A DNA stretch of 64,000 nucleotides from Dicyema japonicum (lineage: Eukaryota; Animalia; Dicyemida), in the NCBI GenBank assembly GCA_011109175.1, contig RDEW01000027.1:860277-924276 (forward strand). The letters are read 5' to 3'. Shown here in pieces: positions 25,901 to 38,579 of this stretch; within the stretch, counting starts at the first letter, position 1, and every line of letters begins with the position of its first letter. Both the position numbers and the translations under genes were made by a program. The notes under the pieces are model-generated. The model was not told where the DNA came from, ran no database searches, and was given only the letters and a program-made list of their open reading frames with translations.

Positions 25901-26231
25901 CAAAAATGGAAAAACAACATATTTCTCCATATGTATACAACTATCTTAAAAAGTGTCTTTCCACATCATGCTGAGACAAGTTTCTTTTTATTGGGAAAAT
26001 TACTATCTAAAGACCGAAATTTTAAACCCGAAAACGTTTCAAATTACATTATTCTGTATTTTAATGTAGATTTTGATTAGTTTTTTTTATTTATAACAAT
26101 AAAATCGTTCTAAAGTTTTTTATATTAAAAAAATTTTTTGTAGATAAAATTATCATAAAGTCAAAATTTTGAAATTTTAAGGTCAATTTTTAGGTCAAAT
26201 TTTCTATTTATAAAGTCAGAAAATCGCCCCA
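22995..26231 (+). mobile_element. hAT-superfamily DNA transposon (CGGBP1/DUF659-like transposase pseudogene)
   Basis: TIRs TAGGGCGATTTT / AAAATCGCCCCA, subterminal AAAGTCAAAA repeats, TSD (A/G)TGATATC at 22987-22994 and 26232-26239. Transposase remnants: CNLC..H..SKKH, KAFVESEIPFHKL, LIDETD and LLSKDRNF. Confidence 0.8.
24368..25858 (-). mobile_element. Buster-family hAT transposon, internally deleted (1491 bp)
   Basis: TIRs CAGAGCTTTTCAAA / TTTGACAACCTCTG; perfect 8-bp TSD ATCTAGAA (nnnTAnnn) at 24360-24367 and 25859-25866. BED finger PQCLICMEVLANDAMVPSKLKRH and C-terminal FSTTYLCETCFS..EMRVALSTIRPDI; DDE core missing. Confidence 0.93.
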
Positions 26232-26984
26232 GTGATATCGTTAATATCCAAAGTAAGCAAGGAATCAATATATTCCTTGATTGCTGCATTAATTCCATTC
26301 AAAATCTCCTTTCTAAGCATTTTTTGGTATTCTTCTTAGTAGGAATACGTAGGTTCCTTTCTGTCGTGAGTAGTTTCCTCAATTTGGCAGCGGAACTCCT
26401 CAAAGCATTTTTTAAAATTTGAAACTTCAGCCATCTGTTTTTTTCTCACTGGAAGGCCACAAAGTGATTCACTCGACTTGGAGGAGAGCAAGTACTTAAA
26501 ATTGGTAACAGATATAAATGTCCCGAATCTCAAGTTAAATCAGAGACCAACTACCACAGGGAATCCTCTTAAATATTGATTTTGTAGACCACAGCCCATT
26601 GTTTCCGTTCCACAGTGTGAAATTTGTCAACTAGACATTGAAGTGAATGTGTCCTTATTATAGCTTCATCATGGAAACATAAGCCCTCGATTGGAAGCGC
26701 TTATAATTTTTTTTACAGTACATAGACTTTTTTGTGGACATTCGTCAACAGCGGAACATTAGCCACTAAGTGCGGCGTTTGCTAAACTATTTCTACTTGT
26801 GAAGGCATAACGAAGTGTGAGGTCTATTCATCTACTTTTGCGAAAAAGTATGGAATATCACATTCAAATTCAAACAAAAGAGTAGAAGCTAATATCGTAG
26901 CTTTTTATCTTCTGCTTGATATGATCTTTATATACCCCTTCTGATCCACACACTTTTTAGTCTTAATTTTATAGAACATATAAA

Positions 26985-27015
26985 GTTTTGACTTTATTGA
27001 AAAAGGTCGTCCTAT
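26985..27015 (-). mobile_element. Solo terminal fragment of the outer hAT family
   Basis: Reverse complement TAGGACGACCTTTTTCAATAAAGTCAAAA resembles the left end at 22997. Confidence 0.55.
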
Positions 27016-27069
27016 AATCGCCAATTATTATTATCAACTCCAGGCTTACAATCTTTGGTATGCCTAGCA

Positions 27070-27300
27070 CAAACAGTCACACCTAATTAATCAAAGGAAC
27101 CAAAGGGAGAACTTTTGCTCTTGCCCACCAAATCGATTCTCCAATAGTCCATCTCAGGCTTCCGCTTCTGAAGAGAGGTGGAGAAGTAGGTCCATCCTCT
27201 TTCAGTTTCGTCGCACGTCCTACCATCGCGCACATCACTTCATTATTTAGCGGAAGAGTTTTCACAATGGAGAATCTTCACAAGTGGATTTGACCAGGAA
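27070..27300 (-). mobile_element. LINE family A 3'-end fragment
   Basis: Homologous to 1880-2200 and 16320-16600. Confidence 0.65.
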
Positions 27301-27398
27301 GGAAATAGGAAGACCCCTTTCATAGTTGTTGAATCTTAAACGCACATTTAAAGTTAATAAAACAAGAAAATAATTTATTTCTTCAAAATAGATGTTAG

Positions 27399-29782
27399 TC
27401 ATTTGTCCACCAATCCATGGATAGTTAGAAAATGAATTTTTAGCTGTTCAAAGTCTACATTAGTTGACTGAACGTCAGAAGCCGTAGAGATCATGAAAGG
27501 AGGAACACAATGAAGACGTTTGTAAAGCGTCTTAAAAGATTTAGTTTGAGGCATTAGCATTAACAAACTGTAGAGACATTTAAACAAGGAACCATTATGG
27601 TTTGGATCGACCAACTGTAATCTGAGATCTACACAATAAGCAATCATAATTTACATGAGAATACAGGCAGTTCTAAAAGCTGTACGAGCTTGTCAATATC
27701 AACCAGCAAATCCACACTCAGTTCAATCAGAGGACTAAAATATCATGAAAATGTAAACAAGTGCTCAACAAGCCACAAGGCATGAACGTAATTTTTAGTA
27801 GCAGACAGAGAGTGACCACGGAAATCGGACTGTAGGCCCAGGTCTTATATAGAGTCCGGAACAAGGCATGGGCCGACTAAGATGCTAAAAGGTAACTCAC
27901 TTGGGAGTCGAATCGTGTAAGTGATGTTCTCAAGGAAAAAAAGACAGGACAAGTCATCATGACAACGTTCAGGACTTTAACAGAATTTGAAATAAATGAG
28001 CGGTCTTTGTCGAAGGAAATAATGATTGAGATGGAGCTGAACACGACTGAAGGAGAAATACGTTTAGCCAGTTCTCTAGCAGTTCACAATAAGCCATACA
28101 TGACAACGGAGGATATTTGAGACTCCTCGTTTCTCTCTTTGAACCATTCCACCAGTCTGAATACGAACACGTTGAAAAACGGGGACAAATCATGACTGTT
28201 CGACAAATCATTCCACCACTCCATTGAAGAGAATTCAGAGACTCCAGGAATCTCAGCAAAATCTGTGGACGTCACGATCTTGTAGATAAAGTCAAAGCAC
28301 AGTGATGTAGATAGGGAATCCTTTAAATCATTCAGACTCTCACAATTTCAACAGCGTCAACGGAAGGGATAATGCCCTCAAAGATAACGAATATCACGGA
28401 GAAGAAGGAGTCGAACTTGTAGATAATCTATATGTTAGGGAATCTTTACTCTCCGGGGGATGTACTCAATCAGTTTGATCAATGTGTTCAACGTGGTAGA
28501 CCTCACTTGAGTGTTTGAGGATCCGAGGGAAAAAATCATCGTGGAAATCAGCTGATCTTGGGAGGATCTATGGATTAAAAGACCGCATACTCAAGAAAAT
28601 AAACGCCCTCATGTTCTTCCAGCATGTCCCCCTGGGAGACAACTAAATCTATGAACAGGTCGAAACAGTAGGACGCACATTGTACCACACCTAAAATTAA
28701 CTCAGCAATGTACGCTCAGTATTCGATTCAGTCACAATGCACGAGATGAGGGCTTCAAATATGTTAGGCGACAGTCCACTCAACTGTTTCTTGTCAGAAA
28801 GTCGTAAGAAGGTCATCATCCATGAGATCGCCACCTCCTTAATGTGCTTCCCTATAATACAGAGTTCGATTACTTTGATCGAGGACATTCCTGGCCACAG
28901 TGTGAGCACAGGCCATAAAGTCGAAGGTCTTTACCTTTGACTCAATCGAATCCAGCAGATTACCCAATAGTTGAGTAGTTCTTTAAATTTAGCTCAACAT
29001 ATACTGGAGGATGATCTCCGACTCTTTGAAATCCAAAAAGGCGAAAATTCCGTCCAACAAATCGGGTAAGAAGTCCGCTAGATGCAAGTCAGGCATCCCG
29101 TTCAACACATTCAGCCACGAGATGAGGAAGAGGGATGTGCAAGGATTAACTGTGTACATGTAAGACTTAATAGTGTCCACAAAGTTGTCCATGGCAATAT
29201 ATCCGCTAGCCAACACAATATCCTGTATATTCAAATAATTGAAACCTTTACTATGCGGTCAACAACTGTGAACGCTCCAATCACTGAATTATCGGGGTCA
29301 TTCGATACCTATGTTGAGAAACTACGATACTTTGTAGAGACAGTCAAAGATTTGAGTGAAGTATGGCATTATCTCATTCTGGACTACATTAGCCACGTGA
29401 GCTAAAGCCTCACAGGCATGGTACCGCACTCGATTGTCTTCAAATTCGAAGCACTTAATTATGAAAGGAATAATTAAGGAGGCGTATTCTTTACTGCGCT
29501 GAACCATGAGTATATTAGGTACCTCATCCAAAGCGATCACAGTTGAAGAGATCCCTATAAGTCCCCCAATTCGATGAGTCGGCGATCGGGAGTCAGCGCA
29601 CTCAATGAGATTCCTTATTATGTCTTTCATGACTACATCACCCTCGTAAGAGAGTTTACGAACAGTACTGGAATGAGAGAATTCAAAAACATTTCTAATT
29701 CCTTTGCTCCTTTCATTCTATCTGTGGATTTGTCACTTTTGAGTAATTTAATAGTGTTGTTGATAGAAAGATCCTCAAACAT
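27399..29782 (-). CDS. VAC14: PIKfyve-complex scaffold VAC14, multi-exon
   Basis: RIGGLIGI, RVRYHACEAL, FLISWLNVL..PD..L.DFLPDLLDGIF, AISWMMTF, LKYPPL and LYSLLMLMPQTKSFKTLYKRLHCVP; short introns. The middle exons were not fully resolved. Confidence 0.92.
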
Positions 29783-30369
29783 TCACAAAACAAAAATAGT
29801 AAATTGTGACCAACAATTATTAGTTTTTTATATTATTGTATATTATAAATATTAACTTAAATCAAGAATAAATATTTATAAACGAATCTACAAACCTAAT
29901 CGAGACTTTCAACGGAATTTAACCCATGGGGCCATGTGGTGCTACGTGGCTAATTGGTTGAAGTTTTCTGTTTGCTTTTTTTGTTCCTACACTTAACTGG
30001 ATACACTTCGTTCTCGGTGTATCTCGGGTTAATAAATAAGTAACGGAATTAAACCACATAAACGGTAAGTCCAGGTATTACTCGATGTAAAAAGGCATTT
30101 CCCCTTAATACTAAAGTAGGAAAGAAAGGGATCCTTTTTGGATTCGACCAGGCACTGGACGTCTCTAGAGTTAGACTTGAGGTATAATAATGTGTCACAT
30201 GGGCCAAGCGATACCTATGGGCTGTCTGTTACATTAACCTTGAACCAAGATTAACTTCAATTAATTTTATAAATGATTTTTTTTTGCGAAAGAATTTTTA
30301 TTATCAAATTAACCACAAAAAAATAATTTTAGAAAAATAATCAGTTAATTTATCCCCAGTAAATCATAT

Positions 30370-30500
30370 TTAAAACTGCCATCCATCCAAAGTGGACCCC
30401 GCCGACATTATCGACGTTGCGTTGCCTCTCACTATTGCAACAGAGATCAACTGGAGTAGCCACCGGGTCTCACGTGCGTCGTGGCTTTTTAGTGTAGCTA
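30370..30500 (-). mobile_element. CRE-like C-terminal fragment
   Basis: RETRWLLQLISVAIVRGNA. Confidence 0.65.
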
Positions 30501-31007
30501 AGCGTCCAAGTTTCTACAGGAATTTACAATACCTGTCATTGATAATGGCAAAGTTCTCTATCTTCTTTATAAGCCTATATTTTCGGTGCGTCGGAAGATT
30601 TTCGGGAAATTTATCATGCAAAGCATCTTTTAAAGTTTGATATTCAACGCAATCTTTCACAAAACCCTTGTAAGAAGCCATTGCAACAAAATAATCTTCC
30701 ATGCTATAAATCACGCTAGAAATCTAGGTTTACCGCTATAAAAAATAAAATCTTTATAATCATAACATTTATGAATAAAAAACTAATTTAACAGGATTAA
30801 ATCACGATATAAATCGGATATACAAAATTAAATGTCGGATAATCAAAAGACCTTTTCAAGGTCGAAAAAATGTAACAGGCTGCCCATGCGTTACGCGCCG
30901 CCCATGTGACATAATGCGCTTCGATTAAATATTCCATGCTTATTGTTCCAATTTCTTACAAAAAGTGGTTAGAGCATTATCATGCCTATCTTTAAAGACA
31001 CTATTGG

Positions 31008-31560
31008 ATGACGAAGCCAAGAGAATTGGGGTTTCCGTCTGCCTCGGAACTGGATGTTTGCTCAATCAATCGCTGTAAATGTGTAGGAATGGTTGACTCG
31101 AATAGTCTTCACGCTCTCTCCTGCCAGAGGAGTGCTGGAAGAAGACAAAAACACAGTGAAATCAACGGAGTTATTGTGTGGGGACTAGAAGTGTCCGGAT
31201 TTCCTGTCCAATTGGAGCTTCTCGAACTGGCCCCAGCTAACAAAAGACATGACAGAACAACTCTCTTCCTACTGGGAAAGTGGTATGCCACCTGTGTGGA
31301 TACCCTCTCTCCATCAAACCTTTTTATGACTGCAACTAACCCTCGCTTTACTTCGGAAAAAGCTGAGACCCTGAAGATGAAGAAATACAAATTTCTCGGT
31401 GGACAGTTCATTTTTGAACCAGTCGCCGTGGAAGCGTGAGGAATCATAAGACCCTGCTAAGCAGAATCAGATCGCTCATCGCAATAGAAAAAATGATAGG
31501 AGAGAAGAGCTCTTGCAAATCGTATGGGGGAATGCATTCTCAATTATGAGAGCAGCCAGT
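31008..31560 (+). mobile_element. CRE-like zinc-knuckle + RLE fragment
   Basis: CKC...DSNSLHALSC..SAGR..KHSEIN, W(Y/D)ATCVDTL, AE..K..KY and FEPVAVE. Confidence 0.8.
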
Positions 31561-31616
31561 AGTAGTTAACTTATTTTTTGAATTAAATAAATGTGTCTAC
31601 AAAAATTAAAATATAT

Positions 31617-31964
31617 TTATTGACTTAAATCCCTTACAACAGCCATGTAGTAATTACTATTAATGACAGTAAAAATTTCCATGCTGTTAAATTGAGTCCT
31701 AGAATAAAGCATCTCAGAGCCAGTTCCTTTAAGTCCTGCAGAGGTCTTTAGTGTATTACATGCGGTATTGTTGACAAACTGTGATATCATCTCAAGGATG
31801 TCTTTTTCGAGTGTGCTTTTCAAAATTTGACCTATTTAAGCATGAAATTATCCATCAAACCGTCATGATTGAAAAAAACTACCCCCTTCACGTTATCATA
31901 TCCACAAATAGTGTTCAATTTATCATCAATTTGTTCCTAGACAATATCAGCACTATAATACCAT
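31617..31964 (-). CDS. Roadblock/LC7-domain protein (dynein light chain roadblock-like), 3 exons
   Basis: ATG | 25-nt intron | EQIDDKLNTICGYDNVKGVVFFNHDG | 29-nt intron | QILKSTL...MLYSRTQFNSMEIFTVINSNYYMAVVRD follows the roadblock pattern. Confidence 0.75.
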
Positions 31965-32069
31965 TAAAATTTAAAAAAATAAATATATTCAATTTTATTT
32001 TTAAATAAATATTTCGACATAATAATTTTTGACAAGTTAACAACACTTTCATTGTCTCACCTCATTTCT

Positions 32070-32160
32070 TCGATTAATTATCATAACTGTTATTTGCTTT
32101 TTAAATAAAGTATGTGTCCTGCCTAATTGGTGGATTAATTGCTACTCTCGATGGAATGAC
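32070..32160 (+). mobile_element. 5'-truncated old SINE tail fragment
   Basis: TAAATAAAGTATGTGTCCTGCCTA...CTCTCG matches the SINE 3' part. Confidence 0.6.
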
Positions 32161-33329
32161 TGACAAAACAATAAATTGTGAAACCCAGTGGCTCCTCCGG
32201 TTGCTATTGCTATCGTGAGATGCACCGCTGCATAAGATATGCAGGGATTAATGGTTGGACTTTTTCGAATGTTCTTGTGGTCTAATCATTCAATTATAAA
32301 AAGTTTTCGAAATAAGCTGGTTCTATTTTCAAAAGCTGGTCGATATTATACATCTGGCTCATTATGACCTGTGATGCATTCGATGAAACTTGAGATTTAG
32401 TTAGCCCACAATATTTAGAGCTAACTTTACTTATCTGGGGTGTACAAATAATCAATAATCTGTCTTATCAACTTTGGCTTAAATTGTAAAAAATTCAAAC
32501 CCACTTCTTGACCTCTTCTACATGAGTGGACATTTTAACGTAAGTGGAATTTCAGAATCCTCCTTGAATATTTCACTAGCGATCTTACCGTTTTCCGGAA
32601 GTACACCGAGAATTCGGCAAAAGAACTCTTTTCGAGGTGTCAATCTTTAAAATTGATATTTATTACTCCACATGAATGATCTTGTTTCCATCTTCCCTAC
32701 CTCACCAGTTACTTAATTTAATGTATTAACCCGGGAACCACATAAAGGAGGATGAGTTATCAGCTTTTTATTTTTTCGATGCTCATTCCAAGCTTCTCCT
32801 ACGGTTTGTCTGAACCTTGGCTTAATTTACATTAAAGGAAAAGGTTTCTTTCGATATCTTGGGTAGGATTCCAGATATGATTTGACTTCCCCCGAAAAAT
32901 CCTCGAAATCAAGGGTTCCATAATTGACGCGACGTTTGACTTTTTCGTAGCAGCGAGGTGGGTGTCCGCTTCAGGCATCTCCATAAGATTTCGAGGCATG
33001 ATTATATCATCTTCAATTTACCCTGCGCAGATGTGAGGTGATGAGTCCAGCAGACGATCAATACCGAACAGGTGCAAACAAATTATTTGTATAAAAGTTA
33101 CAACGAAGTGATGGAAGATTCCGAGGAGTCCTTAACATTCTTATCTTTTGGATCTTCGAAGCTATAAGGTCCCTTTGATGTGTAAATGATGCGAGAAAAT
33201 CAAGGGTAATTCTGTAGATGGAGCGGTCTTCTTTGTTGAAATCATGCAGTAATCAAATAAACTTCTTAGATTATCCTCGAATAGGTGAACATTCTTGGTG
33301 AGGCTTATAGACGGTTTTTTGAGAACCAA

Positions 33330-34030
33330 AGACTCTCCAGATTAAGTGTCTCTTACATGGTTCGTGTCGCTTTCTTAGGTTTTCGATGTCTCGTTGAAAC
33401 TATGATGTTGTTAGCGCGACACTAAAAATTGGTGTTTGAAGCTTCTGGAGTGTGAAGTCCACTAAGGAATAAGTTGAAAAACGTCAGAGATAGCGAAGAT
33501 CTTTGCTGGATTCGTTTGAGAAGTATCGCGATTTTGATTATCTAACATCACTTGTCCTCTACAGCCAGCATTACTTGAGATTATGGAGGATAGATTGCAG
33601 GAAGCATTTGCTGCTAGGATCTTTCGGGAGATCAAGTCAAAGCCTTCTCTATATCGATCGAGACCGAAACAGTTCTTTCGTATGGAATATAAGTATTTGG
33701 GTAGTCAGCAATAAATTTAACTAGTTTGGTAAAGTGAGTTGTTCTCAAGCACGTGTGATGATTAAGATCTGTCAATAGAAGGAAATTTATTTTGTTTCCG
33801 TCGACGATAAATTAAAGATTTGAGTTATCAGCATTTCAGATGATCCCTTGTGTTTTAGTTTGTGGATGGATGTATTATCTGATCTTCAAAACGACACTTT
33901 CTTAATCTTTCTAATGGTAGAATGTTATGAACTTTTGTTTCCAATGATTAATTTGAGACATCCAGGTATCGTTCTGAGCCCTTTGTACGTTGTTCCTCCA
34001 TGTTTTCTTTTTGACTGAACGCAGTTTCTA
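33330..34030 (-). mobile_element. Degraded I/Jockey-like RT fragment
   Basis: RTVSVSIDIEKAFDLI and FNLFLSGL motifs with stops. Confidence 0.65.
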
Positions 34031-34390
34031 ATGACAGCGGATCTATCCGAAAGATGGACTTTTCCGCTAAGGTTATTCCTATAGTAATAACGAGGGAAGG
34101 AATTGCAACAAAGTACCACAAGGGTTATCTGAAGCAGTTGGGGGTAGATAGGAAGCTCCAGCCCTATCTACAGTCCACTGTAATAAAGCGGACCCTAGAG
34201 AGTCTGACACTGGAGTATAGGAGGCAGAGCCCTGAGATGCCATATGGGCAGAGGGTTCAATTGGACAAGTCGCTCTCGGAGTTGTATCAGCAACCAGAAT
34301 CGAACCTGCCTGAGGAGGTTGGCGAACAGGCAGGCGAGGACGGTTGTTGATTATTAAATATATTATCTTTTTTATTGTTGGTTTAGAACC
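34030..34390 (+). mobile_element. R4/Dong-like extreme C-terminus and 3' UTR
   Basis: KVIPIVITREGIATKYHKGYLKQLGV...YLQSTVIKRTLESL, homologous to 21586-21861. Confidence 0.75.
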
Positions 34391-34398
34391 CACTTTAT

Positions 34399-35400
34399 TT
34401 AACAATTTGGTTTAGTCTCCCACATACTACCCCATGTGGAAAGCATTTCCGCGTCCTGCTGGGAACATACACTATGGCCATTTTCGTGTAGGCGACGGTA
34501 AAACAATCTGCAATTAAACTCAAACAGATTATTTTCTCTCCTTTTCATACACCGACTTTCATGTGTATAGACTTTCCTTTTATACACCATTATTGCCCCC
34601 TCTAACTCCACCTTTGCCCTCCTCAACTCTTTGAGGTCCCATTTGGGAACACAGAGTTTACTAATTAGCCCCTTTACTATAGGCGGTGCTTTTCCTCTAA
34701 CCCCTCTCGCCACACTACTTATGTGCCCCTCCAGTGCTTCCAGCTCAGTCTGTCTCCAAGCAATCTTGGCACAGATCTGCTCCCTCCATTTACTGGGTGT
34801 TCTGGGCTTGTCCGTCAGTTCCTCATGGGTGATCTGTGCTGCATACAGCACTAGGAAAATTTCACCCAGTGACCCTTCTGGCTTAGTCTCCACTGTATAA
34901 GCCACAGCCTTATTGATACAGGTTAACACTACTCCATTAACTTACTATGAGGGATCTTGCGAACAAATCCAGGTTCCTCATGTGGGACATCTGCCGCTGC
35001 AGCAAGATTCCGCGCAAAGACCTTATAAACATGGTTGAGCTGCAACGTATCACAGCTCTAGTGCTCGTGCTCTCCTTGACAGTTGTGGTCATCTGTTCCC
35101 CACTCCTTTAGATCAGTACCCTCTTTGCCTACAGCCATTCTCTTGAGTTCACTCACAGATATAGCAGTACTGAATCTGCCACTGCAGAGCTCCGCCAAGT
35201 ATGGACAACAATTTCAGGGCATTCGGGATAGCCTGCTACGTGCATGAAGGACTACCTGCCTCACCCATTCTTTTTGGTCAGCTGCCACAACGCTCTCGGA
35301 TATGGCAAGAATTATATTCATACCATCAGGTAACACAAGTGACCCTTCTCCTTTTTTCCTTTCAACATTTTTATTTTTACCAACTCGAGAGAGTTTTAAC
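34399..35400 (-). mobile_element. R4/Dong-like N-terminal region, truncated before RT
   Basis: LYAAQITHEEL..PSKWREQI...YKRKVY..ENNLFEFNCRLFYRRL..W..MW, homologous to the N-terminal part of the 21.5-26.5 kb element. Confidence 0.75.
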
Positions 35401-35482
35401 GTCACCGAATCGAAAGCATTTCAAAAATGAATAAAAAATAAATATTTTAAATAAAAAACATTTAATTGTGAAATATTAGTTT

Positions 35483-35539
35483 AATATTTTCAATAAATTG
35501 TGTATCTAAGGACAAATATTTTCAATAAATTGTGTATCT
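35483..35539. repeat. 25-bp duplicated flank at the LINE 5' junction
   Basis: AATATTTTCAATAAATTGTGTATCT at 35483-35507 and 35515-35539. Confidence 0.95.
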
Positions 35540-38500
35540 TTTTTTGGTTGAGGTGGTGACGTCCCTCTACTTGCACTATGTCTTCTTCGTATTGCTTACC
35601 AGTTTCTCCCCTCACTCTTGGATCCCTCAACTGCCGAGGCCTCAATCAGTGCTACAAGAAACAACAATTGGCGCGTGATCTGAGTAAATACAACATCTCT
35701 GTCTGTTGTTTGCAAGAGACGAAAATAACCGAACAATCTGCAGAACTGTTTCAGAATTTTTACCTTTTGACCCTCACACCAGACTGCAGGCACTATGGGC
35801 TCGGATTTGCTGTTCATCGGCACTTGTTTCACTGTGTCTCAAGAGTATGGGCAGTATCTGACCGTGTCGCGGTGTTACAAATCAAATGCGGAAACAAACT
35901 CAACTCAGTGATCTCCATCATAAATGTATATGCCCCAACCGGAGCACGTGTATCAACGAATATCGAAGAACTGGATACGTTTTACTCTACTCTCACAAGT
36001 GTGTACAACTCACTTTCATCCTCTTACTTTCTTTTTATCGCCGGGGACTGGAACGCCAGGGCCGGAAAAGCAAGACCTGGTGAAACGTGTATTGGATCCC
36101 ACGGTAGAAACCGCCGTAACATCCCCGGAGAGGCATTAATACAATTTTGCACGGCATTCAACCTACTCATATGCAACACTTGTTTCAAGCACCCGGCAAG
36201 ACACAGGACCACGTGGGTTGGTACCAGAAAAGGCAAATCTGGAAACACAGTCAATATATACAATCAGATCGACTATATTATCTGCAAGCAACATCAGAAG
36301 GCCCTCCTACAGGACTCGAGATCTTACGGTGGACTTGAAACAAGTAGCGATCATAAACTTGTGGTCGCCCGGCTAGTACTTAAAAGAATCCATGGAATAC
36401 ACGGGAAACACAAAGGCCTTACCTCAGTACGTTTCGACACTGAGAGGTTACGCTACGAAGAATCCACCAAATGTCGTTATAGTGCAGTTCTGAGAGATAG
36501 CATCAACAGTATTAACCAAAATCAGCCGACAAACAGCTTATGGGATGAAATAGTGGTTGCTATCCAAAACACAGCCTTTAGTGTGCTTGGTCACATCACC
36601 AAATCTCGTCACAAACAATGTAATCCGGATATCGGACAACTCTCTGTAACACAGAAAGAGCTCAGACTCCGGATGGAAAACACAAACGCTCCGGAAGATA
36701 TCAAAGTACTGCGCACCCAGAGAGGGAGAGTCTTAACGAAGATCAAACAAATACAAAGATTCCTTGCCAAAAATGAAGCTGAGGAGAAAATCTCAGACAT
36801 ATTAAAGTACAAGAACGGACCAAGAATGTTCAAAGCAATCCGGCTTCTTAGCAGAGAAAACTGTCCAATTTCGTTAACTGTCCATGACAACCTTGGTCAC
36901 GACGTTATCGGGACCATTAACAAAGCAAACGTTCTGGCATCCCATTTTGACCTTATGTTCAACAAACAGGACGCGGCTGACCAAGCAATGAAATCTCGGA
37001 AGTCTTACAAGTACACTCTAACTAGCCCTATTACCATATCCGAAACTCAACAAGCTATTAAAAAATTAAATACCGGAAGATCTGCCGGACCAGACTTCAT
37101 TACTGCAGAACTTTTACAATACGGCCCGGAGGAGCTAATTGAAATGATTACTAACATTTTCAACCGGTCTCTCGAGGGTGCAGATGAACTGGAACTGGGA
37201 AAAGGGTGGCTAATTCCACTACAAAAACCGGGAAAAAGTAAAGGCCCCCTCACAACTTCAGACCTATTATACTCCTAACCTCCATACGAAAAACATTATC
37301 CCTCATTGCTTTAAACCGAATAAAGGAGAGGGTGAACATATTTCTTTCGGACGGCCAAAGTGGATTCCGGACGGGCAGGTCCACGGCTGACGTGGTATGG
37401 GGGCACAGGTGGTATTGTGCCCTGTGCCAAAAATACAAAAAATCTATTGAGATACTTGGTATCGACATGTCCCGTGCGTTCGACTCGGTGGACCGTGGAA
37501 AACTTATGGAAGTGTTGGAGAGTTTTCTACTGCCTGACGATGTCAAAATAATACACTTACTCATGCGGAACACTCAACTTGCCGTCAAAATTGGTGACTC
37601 TACCTCTAACTTTTTTTCGACCTCACGTGGAGTTCCACAGGGGGACTCACTATCCCCGGTCCTCTTTATTGTCTACCTTGAGGCCGCACTAAGAGAGTTC
37701 AGACCCCTGGTTGGCAACAATTATAACGAGATAATCTACGCGGACGACCTGGACTTTGTTTCTGAGGATATTCAAGTACTTCAACACATGCTTAACGTTC
37801 TTCCACACGTATTCTCGAAATGGTTCTTAACCGTTAACACCGATAAAACAGAGTTCACAACACTTACACGCAATGATCGAAGATCGGACGAGTCTTGGAG
37901 AAAGCAAAAGAAGGTGGGTTCGCTTCTCGGGGACTCAGAAGATGTTTCTCGGAGGAAAATCCTCGCAATGTGTGCACTAAAGAAAGTATCGAATATGTGG
38001 GGTCATAAGAAGAGGATGGGATTAAACACCAAACTCAGAATATATAAGGCTTTTGTCATCCCCGTCCTGACCTACAATTCAGGCACTTGGGGAATCTCTA
38101 AACAAGAGATGGACCGTCTTGACGCTTTCCACAGGACACAATTGAAATCAGTAATCAAGATCAAGTGGCCTAAGAAGATCTCAAACAATGACCTCTACTC
38201 GAAGTGCAAATCTGGTATACTATCCGAGGAGATCTTCAGATCAAGATGGAGTCTCTTTGGACATATCTTACGTCTAAATGCTCAAGTACCCGCGAATATC
38301 GCCATGGAAAACTACTTAATGCATACGGGAGCCGGTTTCCGTGGAAGACCAAGAGTCACACTCCCAACTATTTTGAATGGAGACCTGTCGGCTGTGGGAC
38401 TGAAGCTCACTTCCGCAGACGACCTAGATACCTTAAGGGAACTGGCACGAAGTAGAGGGTCCTGGAAAAGGCTGATAGAGAGGATGGCTAGAAATACGGC

Positions 38501-38567
38501 ACAAGGGAGGCTTGATTAATTTTATGACTTCTCGGGAGTGCTTTAAATAATAAATATAATAATAATA
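35540..38567 (+). mobile_element. Near-intact RTE-clade LINE (single APE-EN + RT ORF, ~980 aa) with 14-bp TSD
   Basis: EN: GSLNCRGL, CLQET, INVYAPT, GDWNAR, NQIDYI, SDHKLV. RT: QSGFR, IDMSRAFDSV, GVPQGDSLSP, YADD. One 1-bp frameshift near 37255. (TAA)n tail; TSD ATCTAAGGACAAAT at 35504-35517 and 38568-38581. Confidence 0.95.
35578..38519 (+). CDS. LINE endonuclease-reverse transcriptase (ORFs 35578-37278 and 37332-38519 joined by one frameshift)
   Basis: Adding one base at CCCCTCACAACTTCAGACCT restores GPLTNFRPIILL.. through the RT domain; no other stops. Confidence 0.9.
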
Positions 38568-38579
38568 ATCTAAGGACAA

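Larger units (their letters stand above)
21540..26530 (-). mobile_element. R4/Dong-like non-LTR element lacking a recognisable RT core, interrupted by a SINE fragment and two hAT transposons
   Basis: N-terminal motifs (DIIYARQCTYEAL, KKKLRVYESEKRFRSAN..LNRRRFY) are rejoined across the insertions. The C-terminus has DHLATRC-like knuckle, KPDIFVNDK..LVEIG and ITWDGIV. Confidence 0.75.

Noticed and set aside
30514-30714. Host gene at ORF 30514-30714
   Set aside because: It runs directly into a CRE-like 3' end and looks like a transposon-derived fragment; no supported family.
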